This document shows positions 9,236 through 18,885 of a stretch of DNA of 64,000 bases, in pieces. A model generated the notes under the pieces. It saw nothing but the letters and a program-made list of their open reading frames with translations. It searched no databases and had not been told where the DNA came from. Positions within the stretch are counted from its first letter, which is position 1. The number at the start of each line of letters is the position of its first letter. Source of the DNA: an uncultured Nitrososphaerota archaeon (GTDB taxonomy: Archaea > Korarchaeota > Korarchaeia > Korarchaeales > Korarchaeaceae); the NCBI GenBank assembly GCA_964594835.1, contig CAZQNA010000002.1, positions 64,001 to 128,000 on the forward strand, in the 5' to 3' direction. The translations under genes were made by a program, and so were the position numbers.

Positions 9236-11632
9236 TCAGCTCAGGCCACCCCCCTTCTCCTGGGCGGATTCCCGCCCTCGGCGCTCCCTCTCCCTGAGGG
9301 CCCTCAGTATCCTCTCGGGAGTGATCGGGAGCTCGTAGAACCTGACCCCTATGGCGTCGTAGATCGCGTTGGCCACGGCGGCCGCGACCGGGTTGCTGGC
9401 GGCCTCCCCTATCCCCTTGGCCCCGAACGGGCCTGTGGGCTCGTAGGTGTTGGCGAATATCACCCTGAAGTCCTCGACTGAGGGTATGTCCCCCGCGGTG
9501 GGGACCTTGTAGTCCGTGATGAACCCCATGTTCTCCAGCGCCCCGGTCTCGGGGTTGTAGGGCGTGTCCTCCAGGACGGCCCAGCCCCAACCCATGACGA
9601 ACCCGCCCTGAACCTGCCCCTCCGCCAGCTCGGGGTTGATCACCGTGCCGATGTCCGCGCCCGCCACCACCCTGACGGGCCTGACCCTGCCCGTCTCGGT
9701 GTCCACCTCCACCTCCACGAAGTAGGCGGTGAAGCTCGGCGGGGCCGCGGTGGCCCTGTAGCTCACCGACGCCGAGATGGACCCCCAGTTCCTCTGCCAG
9801 GCGGTCCTGGCCACCTCCCCAAGGGTCGTCCAGGCGTCCGACCCCTCCACGTAGATTACGGCGTCCTTCAGCTCCTCGTCGTACCTCATCCTCAGGGCCT
9901 CGGGGCCCACGGCCACGTCCAGGATCCTGACCGCGTACTCCAGGATCTTCCTCTTCACCTCCCTGGCCGCCCTCCTGGCGGCCTCCCCTCCCACGTAGAC
10001 GCCCCTGGAGGCGTGGGTGCAAACGTCGTAGACGGTGGTGGAGCTGTCGGACCAGACTACGTTCACCTTCTCGAGGGGGATGCAGAGTTCCTCCGCTATG
10101 ATCTTGGCGTGGGCGTCCAGCGTGCCGCCGCCGTGGTCCTGGAGGGCCGTCACGTAGTCCACGCTCCCGTCCTCGTTCACCTTGAGGAACGCCCCCGAGT
10201 AGTCGATCACCGACCCGGACAGGGGTCCGCCGGCCCCCGAGGTGTGGAATCCCCTGGCCACTCCTATGCCCCTCCTGTACCTGCCGGTCTGCTCCCCGGG
10301 CCTCGGCCTGCTCCCCCAGCCGATCAGCTCCGCCCCCCTCCTCATGAGTTCAGGCACGCCGTCGCTCCTGATGATGCTCTTCACGGTGGGCCCCTGCCCC
10401 CAGAACAGGTCGCCCTTGCCCACGTAGTTCCTCAGCCTGAACTCCACCGGGTCCATGCCCACCTCCTCGGCCAGCTCGTCGACGACGGTCTCGACCGCCC
10501 AGGTGACCTGCGGGTTCCCATAGCCCCTGAGGGCGCAGCTGGGGACCTTGTTGGTGTAGATCGCCTTCCCCACGTACCTGATGGGTCCCCACTTGTAGAG
10601 GGAGACGAACCAGCCCAGCGCCGTGCCGAGCAGCGGGTACGGCTGTATCTGGTGGGCCCCTATGTCCATGACGTTCTCGAACTCGGCCCCCGAGAGCCTC
10701 CCGCTGCTCTTCGCCCCCGCCCTGATCCTCATGTGCATCTCGAAGGAGACGTGGTCGTGCATGATGTCCTCCTCCCTGGTGAGGGCTATCCTGACGGGCC
10801 TCCTCGCCTTCCTGCTGAGGGCGACCGCCACGAGGGTCACTAGGTTTGTGTGGATGCTCGACCCGAACCCCCCGCCCAGGAAGACCTTCTTGACCCTCAC
10901 CCTGCTCTGGGGTATGCCGAAGACCTGGGAGATGAGGATCTTGGTGTTGTGGACCGTCTGGGTCGTGGTCCAGACCGTGACGCCCCCGTCGGGGTCCGGC
11001 CTGCTCACGGCCACCTTGGGCTCGGGCTGGAGGTGGTACCTGCGGTTGGTGTGGAACCTCCTCTCTATCACCACGTCGGCCTCCGACAGGGCCCGGTCCA
11101 CGTCCCCCTCCGAGTACTCGAGCGTGCAGGCGACGTTGTCCTGCACGTCTACCCAGGCCCTTCCCCTCATTATCCTCTCGTGGATGGCCGGGGACCCGGG
11201 CCTCATGGCCTCGAAGGGGTCGAGGAGGGGCCTGTAGACCCTGACGGGCTCCAGCCTGATGGCCTCCAGCGCCCTCTGGGCCGCCTCCTCCGAGGTCGCT
11301 GCTACTGCGGCGACTGGCTCGCCCACGAACCTCGGGTGGTCCGTCAGGACCCTCCAGTCCTTGAAGGTGTCCTCCTCCACGCTCACCAGCCTCGGGTTGA
11401 AGAGCACGTCGGGCACGTCCCTCGGGGTCAGCACGACGGCCCCCATTCTCTCGGCCTCCGAGGCGTCGACCCTGACCTCCGCGTGGGCGTAGGGGCTCTT
11501 GAGGATCCGGCCGTGGAGCATGCCGGGGAGCCAGACGTCGTAGGCGTAGGTGGCCCTGCCGGTGGCCTTGAGGACCCCGTCCTTCCTGCCGACCCTGACC
11601 CCGACAAACCTGTACCGGCCCTCGGCGCTCAA
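9236..11632 (-). CDS. XDH-family molybdopterin-binding (large) subunit, copy 2
   Basis: KATGRATY, GGGFGS, LRGYG, THASRG and AKGIGE motifs. Confidence 0.92.
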   Translation of the reverse strand: MSAEGRYRFVGVRVGRKDGVLKATGRATYAYDVWLPGMLHGRILKSPYAHAEVRVDASEAERMGAVVLTPRDVPDVLFNPRLVSVEEDTFKDWRVLTDHPRFVGEPVAAVAATSEEAAQRALEAIRLEPVRVYRPLLDPFEAMRPGSPAIHERIMRGRAWVDVQDNVACTLEYSEGDVDRALSEADVVIERRFHTNRRYHLQPEPKVAVSRPDPDGGVTVWTTTQTVHNTKILISQVFGIPQSRVRVKKVFLGGGFGSSIHTNLVTLVAVALSRKARRPVRIALTREEDIMHDHVSFEMHMRIRAGAKSSGRLSGAEFENVMDIGAHQIQPYPLLGTALGWFVSLYKWGPIRYVGKAIYTNKVPSCALRGYGNPQVTWAVETVVDELAEEVGMDPVEFRLRNYVGKGDLFWGQGPTVKSIIRSDGVPELMRRGAELIGWGSRPRPGEQTGRYRRGIGVARGFHTSGAGGPLSGSVIDYSGAFLKVNEDGSVDYVTALQDHGGGTLDAHAKIIAEELCIPLEKVNVVWSDSSTTVYDVCTHASRGVYVGGEAARRAAREVKRKILEYAVRILDVAVGPEALRMRYDEELKDAVIYVEGSDAWTTLGEVARTAWQRNWGSISASVSYRATAAPPSFTAYFVEVEVDTETGRVRPVRVVAGADIGTVINPELAEGQVQGGFVMGWGWAVLEDTPYNPETGALENMGFITDYKVPTAGDIPSVEDFRVIFANTYEPTGPFGAKGIGEAASNPVAAAVANAIYDAIGVRFYELPITPERILRALRERERRGRESAQEKGGGLS

Positions 11633-11672
11633 GATCTCACGGGCCGCCCGGGCGAAGGCTCTAAATTAAGGC

Positions 11673-13070
11673 TTGACGGGAGGCCGCGACGCCGAGGGGA
11701 GGGGGAGGGAGTTGCCGGGAGGGGACCTGCTGGTCAGGGGCGGGACCCTCGTCACCCCCGAGGGGACCGTCAGGGCTGACATCCTGATCGAGGACGGCGT
11801 GATAGTCGGGGTGGGCCGGGACCTGAGGACCTCGGGGCACGAGGTCCTGGACGCCGGCGGGATGCTGGTGCTCCCCGGCGTTGTGGACGAGCACGTCCAC
11901 ATGAGGGAGCCGGGGCTGGAGCACAAGGACGACTTCACCCACGGGACCATGGCCGCCGCGGCGGGCGGGGTCACGACCGTCGTGGAGATGCCCAACACTC
12001 TCCCGCCGGTCGAGGACGCCGAGAGGCTGAGGAGCAAGGCCGAGCTCCTGTCCTCGAAGGCGCACGTTGACTTCGCCCTTCTGGGGGTCCTCCACGACGA
12101 GAACCTGGACGAGATCGAGGGGATGCTGGAGACCGGGGCGGTTGGCTTCAAGGCCTTCCTGGGGCCCACCACCGGCAACATACCTCCCCCCGGCGACGGG
12201 GCCATCTACGAGGCCCTGGAGAAGTCCTCCAGGCTGGGGTTCACCATAGCCTTCCACGGGGAGAACTGGGACCTGGTCAGGAGGTTCACCGAGAGGGTTA
12301 GGGAGGAGGTCTCCCGGCGAGGGGGGGAGGCGGACCCCCTGGCCCACCTCCGATCCAGGCCGCCGATCTGCGAGGAGGAGGCCGCCCAGAGGATCGCCCT
12401 CCTGGCCAGGAGGACCGGGGGGAGGGCCCTCATCGTCCACGTAGCCGCGGCCGAGGCCGTCGACGTGATAAGGAGGGCGAGGGCCGAGGGGGTCGAGATA
12501 TACGGGGAGACCTGTCCCCACTACCTCCTCCTCTCGGCCGAGGACTACGAGAGGTACGGGGCGCTGATGAAGGTCAACCCGCCCGTGAGGGAGAGGAGGC
12601 ACCAGGAGGAGCTCTGGAGGGCCGTGAACGACGGCTCCATCCAGACGCTGGGCTCAGACCACGCCCCCCACACACGGGAGGAGAAGTCGGGCGACATCAT
12701 GTCGGCGGCGTCTGGCGTTCCGGCCGTCCAGACATTCCTGCCCCTGATGCTCGACGCCGCGCTCAGGGGGGGGATCCCGATCACGAAGATCCCCGAGCTC
12801 ATGGCCAGAAACCCCGCGAGGCTCTTCGGGCTCTACCCCAGGAAGGGGTCCCTGTCGGTCGGGAGCGACGGCGACCTGGTGATAGTCGACCCGAAGGGCG
12901 AGTGGGTTGTGAGGGCCAGCGAGTTCTACGCCAAGCACCCGCTGACCCCGTTCGACGGGTGGAGGCTGAGGGGCAGGGTGGCCTACACGGTCCTGAGGGG
13001 CACGGTAGTCGCCGAGGGGGGGAGGGTGACCTCCCGCGCGCCGGCCGGCAGGTGGGTCAGGAGGGCCTAG
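11673..13070 (+). CDS. Cyclic amidohydrolase (dihydroorotase/allantoinase family)
   Basis: PGVVDEHVHMREPG, AAAAGGVTT..EMPNT, ETCPHYL, KVNPP and GSDHAPH motifs. Confidence 0.88.
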   Translation: MTGGRDAEGRGRELPGGDLLVRGGTLVTPEGTVRADILIEDGVIVGVGRDLRTSGHEVLDAGGMLVLPGVVDEHVHMREPGLEHKDDFTHGTMAAAAGGVTTVVEMPNTLPPVEDAERLRSKAELLSSKAHVDFALLGVLHDENLDEIEGMLETGAVGFKAFLGPTTGNIPPPGDGAIYEALEKSSRLGFTIAFHGENWDLVRRFTERVREEVSRRGGEADPLAHLRSRPPICEEEAAQRIALLARRTGGRALIVHVAAAEAVDVIRRARAEGVEIYGETCPHYLLLSAEDYERYGALMKVNPPVRERRHQEELWRAVNDGSIQTLGSDHAPHTREEKSGDIMSAASGVPAVQTFLPLMLDAALRGGIPITKIPELMARNPARLFGLYPRKGSLSVGSDGDLVIVDPKGEWVVRASEFYAKHPLTPFDGWRLRGRVAYTVLRGTVVAEGGRVTSRAPAGRWVRRA

Positions 13071-13276
13071 TCTGGGGCGGCGCCGCGTCCTGACAATGGC
13101 CTGTTTGCGGAAATCAAATCCCCGGTCCGGCCCGAATGGGAATCGTTTGACACCCATCCGTCGGCCCTGGGTCCTCCCCCCTGTTTTCCACAAGGCCTGG
13201 ATCGCGCTTCAAGAGGTTACGCGACCCACCCGTGGCACTCGCCATCGATATTCAACTTCGGCCATAGGACCAAACT

Positions 13277-13346
13277 CTAAACGCAAAAACCCGTTTAGCA
13301 AATGATAGGAAAACGATTGTGCGCTTGACCTCGAGAAAGTTTATTA
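13277..13346 (+). promoter_or_regulatory. Inverted repeat CTAAACG-N8-CGTTTAG upstream of a BRE/TATA-like element (GAAAGTTTATTA) of the Liv-type ABC operon
   Basis: AT-rich intergenic stretch; 7-bp perfect inverted repeat at 13277-13283 and 13292-13298; TATA-like element about 27 nt before ATG 13373. Confidence 0.45.
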
Positions 13347-13372
13347 GATTTCGACCTGTAAATGATTTTAAC

Positions 13373-14710
13373 ATGCGGCGGCGACCCGGGATTGGTAGGA
13401 CCGTTCTCGTGGGGGCCCTCATCGTACTGATACTTGTGGTTGCCGTTGCGGCCTTCTACGTCCGGAAGCCCGCTCCGACTCCCTCGCCCAGCCCAGCTCC
13501 GACCACCGCTGCTCCAACCACGGCGCCTCCAGCCCCCAAGATTGAGGAGATCGTGATAGGGATGGTTGAGCCCCTGAGCGGGACTCACTCCATCTTCGGG
13601 ATAGAGGCCAAGCAGGCGGCCGAGCTGATCATCGAGGACATAAACTCCAAGGGAGGCATAGAGTCGCTAGGCGGGGCCAAGCTGAGGCTGGTGGTGGAGG
13701 ACTCCAAGGACTCCATCGAGGGGGCTAAGCTCGCGGCGGAGAAGCTGATCTCCCAGTACCACCCGCCGATCATAATAGGGGCCTACATAAGCAGGCACAC
13801 CGCCGCCATGGCCGAGGTCACCGAGCGGGAGAGGGTCATCCTGGTGGCCGACGCCCTAGTGGACTTCCTCAGCGAGAAGGGGTGGCAGTACTTCTTCAGG
13901 GCCTGTCCCAAGACCTCCATCCACGGAAAGACCGCCATGGACTTCGTTTACGAGACCGCCCAGAGGAAGGGGGTCGACATTAGCACGGTCGTGATCATGA
14001 ACGAGGACTCCGTCTTCGGGAGGTACACGGCCCTGGGAGCATACCACGAAGCCCTTGGCCTTGGCCTGACGGTCCTGGACCAGATAGAGTACCCGTACGA
14101 CATCGCCGACGCCTCCCCGATAGTCAGCAGGCTCATGGAGCTGAACCCCGACGTGGTGATATCCGTCCCCTACTTCTCCGACGGCGTCCTCATCGCCACC
14201 ACCATGCAGGAGATGGGCTACAAGCCCATGATAGTCGCGGGAGCCGGAGGGTGCGGCTACTGCGACCCCGACTCCATCAGCGCCGCCGGGTCGGCGGTGG
14301 AGGGCTTCACCCAGACCTACAGCTACAACCCGTTCATGAACACGCCCTACAACCAGTACATCGTCCAGAAGTTCCAGGAGAGGTACGGGAAGCTCCCGAC
14401 GGAGGCCGGAGGCATAATCTTCTACTCACTCTGGACCATCAAGGAGGCCCTGGAGCTGGCGGGTCAGATGTTCCCCGAGGACCCGCTCAACCCCGACAAC
14501 CTCAGGCAGGCCTTCCTGGCCCTGGACATAACTAGCGGCCCGGCCGCGGAGACCTACCCGTCGGGTCACATCAAGTTCGGCCCGGACGGCGACAACATCT
14601 ACGCCATGGCCGTGGTCCTGCAGGTCCAGAACGGCGAGCCCGTCCTGGTCTACCCGTTCGAGTACGCCCAGGCCGAGCCGATCTTCCCGATACCGGGGCA
14701 CGGGTCTTAG
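13373..14710 (+). CDS. Liv-type ABC transporter substrate-binding protein with N-terminal membrane anchor and Pro/Thr linker
   Basis: TM segment, PAPTPSPSPAPTT linker, PLSG...G..INSKGGI..LGG periplasmic-binding-protein signature. Confidence 0.85.
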   Translation: MRRRPGIGRTVLVGALIVLILVVAVAAFYVRKPAPTPSPSPAPTTAAPTTAPPAPKIEEIVIGMVEPLSGTHSIFGIEAKQAAELIIEDINSKGGIESLGGAKLRLVVEDSKDSIEGAKLAAEKLISQYHPPIIIGAYISRHTAAMAEVTERERVILVADALVDFLSEKGWQYFFRACPKTSIHGKTAMDFVYETAQRKGVDISTVVIMNEDSVFGRYTALGAYHEALGLGLTVLDQIEYPYDIADASPIVSRLMELNPDVVISVPYFSDGVLIATTMQEMGYKPMIVAGAGGCGYCDPDSISAAGSAVEGFTQTYSYNPFMNTPYNQYIVQKFQERYGKLPTEAGGIIFYSLWTIKEALELAGQMFPEDPLNPDNLRQAFLALDITSGPAAETYPSGHIKFGPDGDNIYAMAVVLQVQNGEPVLVYPFEYAQAEPIFPIPGHGS

Positions 14711-14753
14711 GCCCCCATTCCCCCAATTTTTTGTCGCCCGTGGAGGTGGGAGC

Positions 14754-15617
14754 TTGCTCGAGCTGCTCCTGCAGAACCTAGTGAACGGCATCCTTATGGG
14801 GTGCGTCTACGCGCTAGTCGCGCTGGGCCTGGCCCTCCAGTTCGGCGTGATGGACATCATCAACTTCGCCCACGGGGAGTTCGTCATGATCGCCATGTAC
14901 CTGGTCTTCTGGATCAGCCTGTACCTGGCGATCCCTGGCTCCCTCACCTCGCTGATCGTCGCCCCGATATACTTCGTCTTCGGGCTCGTGATCTACAAGT
15001 TGGTAATCGACAGGATCGTGGGGACTTACCCCCTCGCCCAGATAGCCGCCACGATAGGGCTGATGGTCCTGCTCCGGAACCTCGCCCTGGCCGCCTGGAG
15101 GGCTCAGCCTAGGGGGCTCCAGTACGAGGTGCTCCGGGGGAACGTGCCCCTGGGGCCGGTGGTCGTGTCAATCTCGAGGCTCACGGCCGCGGTCGTCAGC
15201 ATCGCCACCATGCTTGTCCTCCACTGGTTCCTGACCCACACCAGGCTGGGCCTCGCCCTGAGGGCCACCAGCGACGACATGCAGGCGGCCTCGCTTCTAG
15301 GGATCAACGTGAGGAGGATGTTCGCGGTAGCCTTCGGCCTGGGGTGCGCGATCATAGGGATTGCCGCCGCCTTCATCATGACGTTCCAGCAGGTCAACCC
15401 CGAGTCCGGACTCACCTGGGGACTCATCAGCTGGATAATAGTCGTCATGGCGGGGCTTGGTGGGGTGAGCGGGGTCCTGCTCTCGGGTCTGATCCTCGGA
15501 CTGGTCGAGGCGCTTGAGATCACGTTCTGGGACCCGAGGGCCAGCCTGGCGGTCATGTACTCTCTGTTCATCCTGATACTCTGGGTCAAGCCCAGGGGGC
15601 TCTTCGGGAGGAGGTAG
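14754..15617 (+). CDS. livH: Liv-type ABC transporter permease (LivH-like)
   Basis: GLAL.FGVM.IINFAHGEF and TRLGLALRA motifs. Confidence 0.85.
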   Translation: MLELLLQNLVNGILMGCVYALVALGLALQFGVMDIINFAHGEFVMIAMYLVFWISLYLAIPGSLTSLIVAPIYFVFGLVIYKLVIDRIVGTYPLAQIAATIGLMVLLRNLALAAWRAQPRGLQYEVLRGNVPLGPVVVSISRLTAAVVSIATMLVLHWFLTHTRLGLALRATSDDMQAASLLGINVRRMFAVAFGLGCAIIGIAAAFIMTFQQVNPESGLTWGLISWIIVVMAGLGGVSGVLLSGLILGLVEALEITFWDPRASLAVMYSLFILILWVKPRGLFGRR

Positions 15618-15619
15618 GG

Positions 15620-16636
15620 ATGAGGGCCTCGGACGTGAAGCCCGTGGCCGCGCTGACGGTCATACTGGGGATCCTCCCCCTGGCCGTGAGGATGAACAAC
15701 TACTACGTCCTACTGCTGACTTGGATCCTCTACTACAGCACGCTGGTGACGGCCTGGAACGTGATAGGAGGCCTGGCTGGCCAGCTGGACCTGGCCGCCG
15801 CCTCGTACATAGGCCTCGGCGCCTACACCATGGGAACGCTGCTGATCAGGCTGGACGTCACGCCCTGGATCGGCATACCCCTGGGCGGCCTCGTGGCGGC
15901 GGGGTTCGCCGCCCTCGTGGGCTATCCGACCTTCAGGTTTGGGCTGAAGGAGGCCTGGTACGCCCTGGCCACGATCAGCAGCGTCGTCGTGCTGCAGAAG
16001 CTCTTCCTCGTGTGGGAGGAGATAGGCGGGCCCGAGGAGAGGTACCTTCCGGCCAGGTACGGGGAGCTCTACTACCTGAGGTTCCGGGGCTACGCCGCCT
16101 ACTACTACATCCTGCTGGCCGTCCTGGTGCTGGTCCTCCTCCTCAACGTGAAGATAAGGAGGAGCAAGATAGGCTACTACCTGCTGGCCATAAGGGAGAA
16201 CGAGGAGGCCGCCGAGATTCTGGGGATCGACGTTAGGAAGTACAAGCTCAGGGCCCTCCTCATATACGCCTTCGTCACCGGGTGCATAGGGGGCATATTC
16301 GCCTTGATAAGCGGGTACCTGCACCCCCACCACTTCGACACCTGGACGAGCCTGCAGGTCGCCATACTGGGGATAGTGGGCGGGGCCGGCGTGGGGTCCG
16401 TCTACAGCCTCCCGGCCACCACCTTCATAATCTACTCAATCTCCGAGCTCCTGAGGTCCACCCTAGGAGGGTGGATACCCGGGATACACCTGATATTCTA
16501 CGGCGTGATACTCACGGTCGTCGTGCTGCTGAAGCCCGAGGGGCTCTCAGAGACCTACGAGAGGCTATACGGCAGGCTGAAAGGGGCCCTGCTGGGAGGC
16601 ATACGGGGCCGGGAGGGAGGTGGTGTCCATGCCTGA
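15620..16636 (+). CDS. livM: Liv-type ABC transporter permease (LivM-like)
   Basis: WNVIGGLAGQ and AIRENEEAAEILGI motifs; hydrophobic. Confidence 0.85.
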   Translation: MRASDVKPVAALTVILGILPLAVRMNNYYVLLLTWILYYSTLVTAWNVIGGLAGQLDLAAASYIGLGAYTMGTLLIRLDVTPWIGIPLGGLVAAGFAALVGYPTFRFGLKEAWYALATISSVVVLQKLFLVWEEIGGPEERYLPARYGELYYLRFRGYAAYYYILLAVLVLVLLLNVKIRRSKIGYYLLAIRENEEAAEILGIDVRKYKLRALLIYAFVTGCIGGIFALISGYLHPHHFDTWTSLQVAILGIVGGAGVGSVYSLPATTFIIYSISELLRSTLGGWIPGIHLIFYGVILTVVVLLKPEGLSETYERLYGRLKGALLGGIRGREGGGVHA

Positions 16637-17363
16637 GGAGGTCCTCCTGCAGGTGCGCGGCGTGACGAAGAGGTTCGGCGGGATAGTGGCCCTGGACAGG
16701 GTGGACGTCGACGTGTACGACGGGGAGATACTCGGGATGATAGGGCCCAACGGTGCCGGCAAGACCACCCTGTTCAACGTCGTCACCGGCTACTACCCCC
16801 CGGACTCCGGGAGGGTCGTCTACCGGGGGGAGGACATCACGGGCAGGCCCCCGCACGAGATAGCCAAGCTGGGCATAAGCAGGACCTTCCAGGTGGTCAA
16901 GCCGTTCCTCGGGCTCACAGTTGAGGACGCCGTCAGGGTCGGGGCGTACAACCGCCTCACGGACGAGGCCGAGGTGGAGAGGAGGGTCAACGAGATCCTC
17001 GAGTTCATGGGCCTGGACAGGCTCAGGGACAGGATGTGCCGCGACCTCAACATCGTCCAGATCAAGCAGACCGCCATAGCCCGGGCCCTCGCGACGGGCC
17101 CGAGGCTCCTGCTGCTGGACGAGGCGGCAGCCGGCCTCAACCCTGGCGAGGTGGACGCCCTCATCGAGCTGCTCAGGAGGGTCAACGAGGAGATGGGGGT
17201 CACGCTATGGGTGGTCGAGCACGTCATGAGGTTCGTCATGGGCATATCCAACAGGGTTGTGGTGCTCCACTACGGCGAGAAGATAGCGGAGGGCACGCCG
17301 GAGGAGGTCGCCCACGACCCGAAGGTCGTGGAGGCCTACCTGGGTGCGGAGGTGGTGCTATGA
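16629..17363 (+). CDS. livG: Liv-type ABC ATPase (LivG-like)
   Basis: GPNGAGKTT, RTFQ, LLLDE, VEH and VVEAYLG motifs. Confidence 0.9.
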   Translation: MPEEVLLQVRGVTKRFGGIVALDRVDVDVYDGEILGMIGPNGAGKTTLFNVVTGYYPPDSGRVVYRGEDITGRPPHEIAKLGISRTFQVVKPFLGLTVEDAVRVGAYNRLTDEAEVERRVNEILEFMGLDRLRDRMCRDLNIVQIKQTAIARALATGPRLLLLDEAAAGLNPGEVDALIELLRRVNEEMGVTLWVVEHVMRFVMGISNRVVVLHYGEKIAEGTPEEVAHDPKVVEAYLGAEVVL

Positions 17364-18070
17364 GGGCCCTCGAAGTTCAAGACCTGAACGTGGCCTACGG
17401 CAGGGTTCAGGTCCTCTGGGACGTGTCCTTCCACGTCGAGGAGGGGGAGAGCGTCTGCATAATCGGGCCCAACGGTGCCGGCAAGACCACCACCCTCCAC
17501 ACGGTGTCGGGGATACTCAGGCCCCTCTCCGGATCCGTCAGGTTCTACGGCGAGGAGGTCACCGGGCTGCCGGCCTGGGAGCTGGCCGAGAGGGGGATGG
17601 CCCTCGTCCCCGAGGGCAGGAGGATATTCCCGAACCTGACCGTCATCGAGAACCTCATGGCGGCCTCCTACATGAGGAGGTGCAGGGACAGCTTCGAGGA
17701 GAACCTAGAGATGGTATTCGAACTCTTCCCGAGGCTGAAGGAGCGGAGGGACCAGGTCGCCAGGACGCTCAGTGGGGGGGAGGCCCAGATGCTGGCCATA
17801 GCGAGGGCCATGATCACCAACCCGAGGCTGCTGATGCTGGACGAGCCCTCCATGGGCCTCGCGCCCATCCTGGTGTCGAAGGTCTTCCAGTCGATACAGA
17901 GGCTCAGGGAGAGGGGGGTCACGATACTCCTGGTGGAGCAGCACGTGCCCGTCGCCCTCAAGGTCAGCGACAGGGCGTACGTTCTGGAGAACGGGAGGAT
18001 AGTGCTGAGCGGGACCTCTGAGGAGGTCGCGAGCAACGAGAAGGTGAGGGAGCACTACCTGGGCATCTGA
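17360..18070 (+). CDS. livF: Liv-type ABC ATPase (LivF-like)
   Basis: GPNGAGKTT, VPEGRRIF, LSGGE and LDEPSMGLAP motifs. Confidence 0.9.
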   Translation: MRALEVQDLNVAYGRVQVLWDVSFHVEEGESVCIIGPNGAGKTTTLHTVSGILRPLSGSVRFYGEEVTGLPAWELAERGMALVPEGRRIFPNLTVIENLMAASYMRRCRDSFEENLEMVFELFPRLKERRDQVARTLSGGEAQMLAIARAMITNPRLLMLDEPSMGLAPILVSKVFQSIQRLRERGVTILLVEQHVPVALKVSDRAYVLENGRIVLSGTSEEVASNEKVREHYLGI

Positions 18071-18204
18071 GGGACCTCCTCCCTCTCCCAAACCCGCCGC
18101 CCACAAGGAACCCCGCGCGCCGTCTTTGCTCCAGGAGGAGGGAGGGTTAGGTAGGCGGGAGCGTGCGCAGTTATAACGAATCCCCGAACGAGGGGGAAGA
18201 AGGA

Positions 18205-18519
18205 ATGCCCGAGTACGAGTTCCTGAGGAAGAATGCCGACAGCTTCTACAGGAATGCCAAGCAGCTGCTAGAGCAGGGCGAGTACAACCTGGCCGCCTTC
18301 AACTTGGAGCAGGCCATGCAGCTGATGCTGAAGTACCTGCTGGCCTCCAGGCTGGGGGAGTTCTACGAGGACAACGCCAGCGTGGTTGGGAACGTGGAGA
18401 GCGCCTACATAGCCTCCAGGTACTACCCCGTGGACTTTCAAGAGGTCGAGGTCCGGGAGATGTTGAGCGCCTACGAGGAGTTCCTGGAGGTGTTGAGAGG
18501 GTGCCTGGGAAATCCCTGA
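18205..18519 (+). CDS. HEPN-domain protein, apparently with an internal deletion
   Basis: YNLAAFNLEQA..L.LK and AYIASRY motifs; only 104 aa and lacks the central His segment. Confidence 0.7.
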   Translation: MPEYEFLRKNADSFYRNAKQLLEQGEYNLAAFNLEQAMQLMLKYLLASRLGEFYEDNASVVGNVESAYIASRYYPVDFQEVEVREMLSAYEEFLEVLRGCLGNP

Positions 18520-18866
18520 TGGACCTCCAGAGGGAGATCGTCCAGGAGGAGAGGAGGTACTTCCAACGACCCATGGAGTACGCGTCCCGCATAGCCAGAA
18601 TCGCGAAGGAGCTGCTGGGTGATCCTAACGTCAGGGTGTTCTTGTTCGGCTCTGCATCCGAGGGCAGGGCGATTCCTGGGGCGAGCGACATCGACATCCT
18701 GGTGGTCTCCGATAGGGCCCCGGAGAGGTCCCAAGAGCTGGCCGAACTCAGGGTGAAGATACTCTCGAGACTGGGAGACCTGGCCGCACCCTTCGAGATA
18801 CACGTGATCACCCCCGACAGGTTCGAGTGGTTTAGGCGCGCTGGCAGGTTGATCCCGGTCGGGTGA
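18501..18866 (+). CDS. Minimal nucleotidyltransferase (MNT), partner of the HEPN protein
   Basis: LFGS..EG...ASDIDILVV and PFEIHVI motifs. Confidence 0.8.
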   Translation: MPGKSLMDLQREIVQEERRYFQRPMEYASRIARIAKELLGDPNVRVFLFGSASEGRAIPGASDIDILVVSDRAPERSQELAELRVKILSRLGDLAAPFEIHVITPDRFEWFRRAGRLIPVG

Positions 18867-18885
18867 GGGGCCAAGGGCCGGGGCC

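Noticed and set aside
2941-10022. Apparent long N-terminal extensions or fusions in the ORF track (2941-5619, 5768-7348, 8280-10022)
   Set aside because: The extensions are out-of-frame read-through of upstream genes; real starts lie downstream.
2941-11632. Aerobic CO dehydrogenase (coxLMS) call
   Set aside because: Neither large subunit has the AYxCSFR loop; both are generic XDH-family enzymes.
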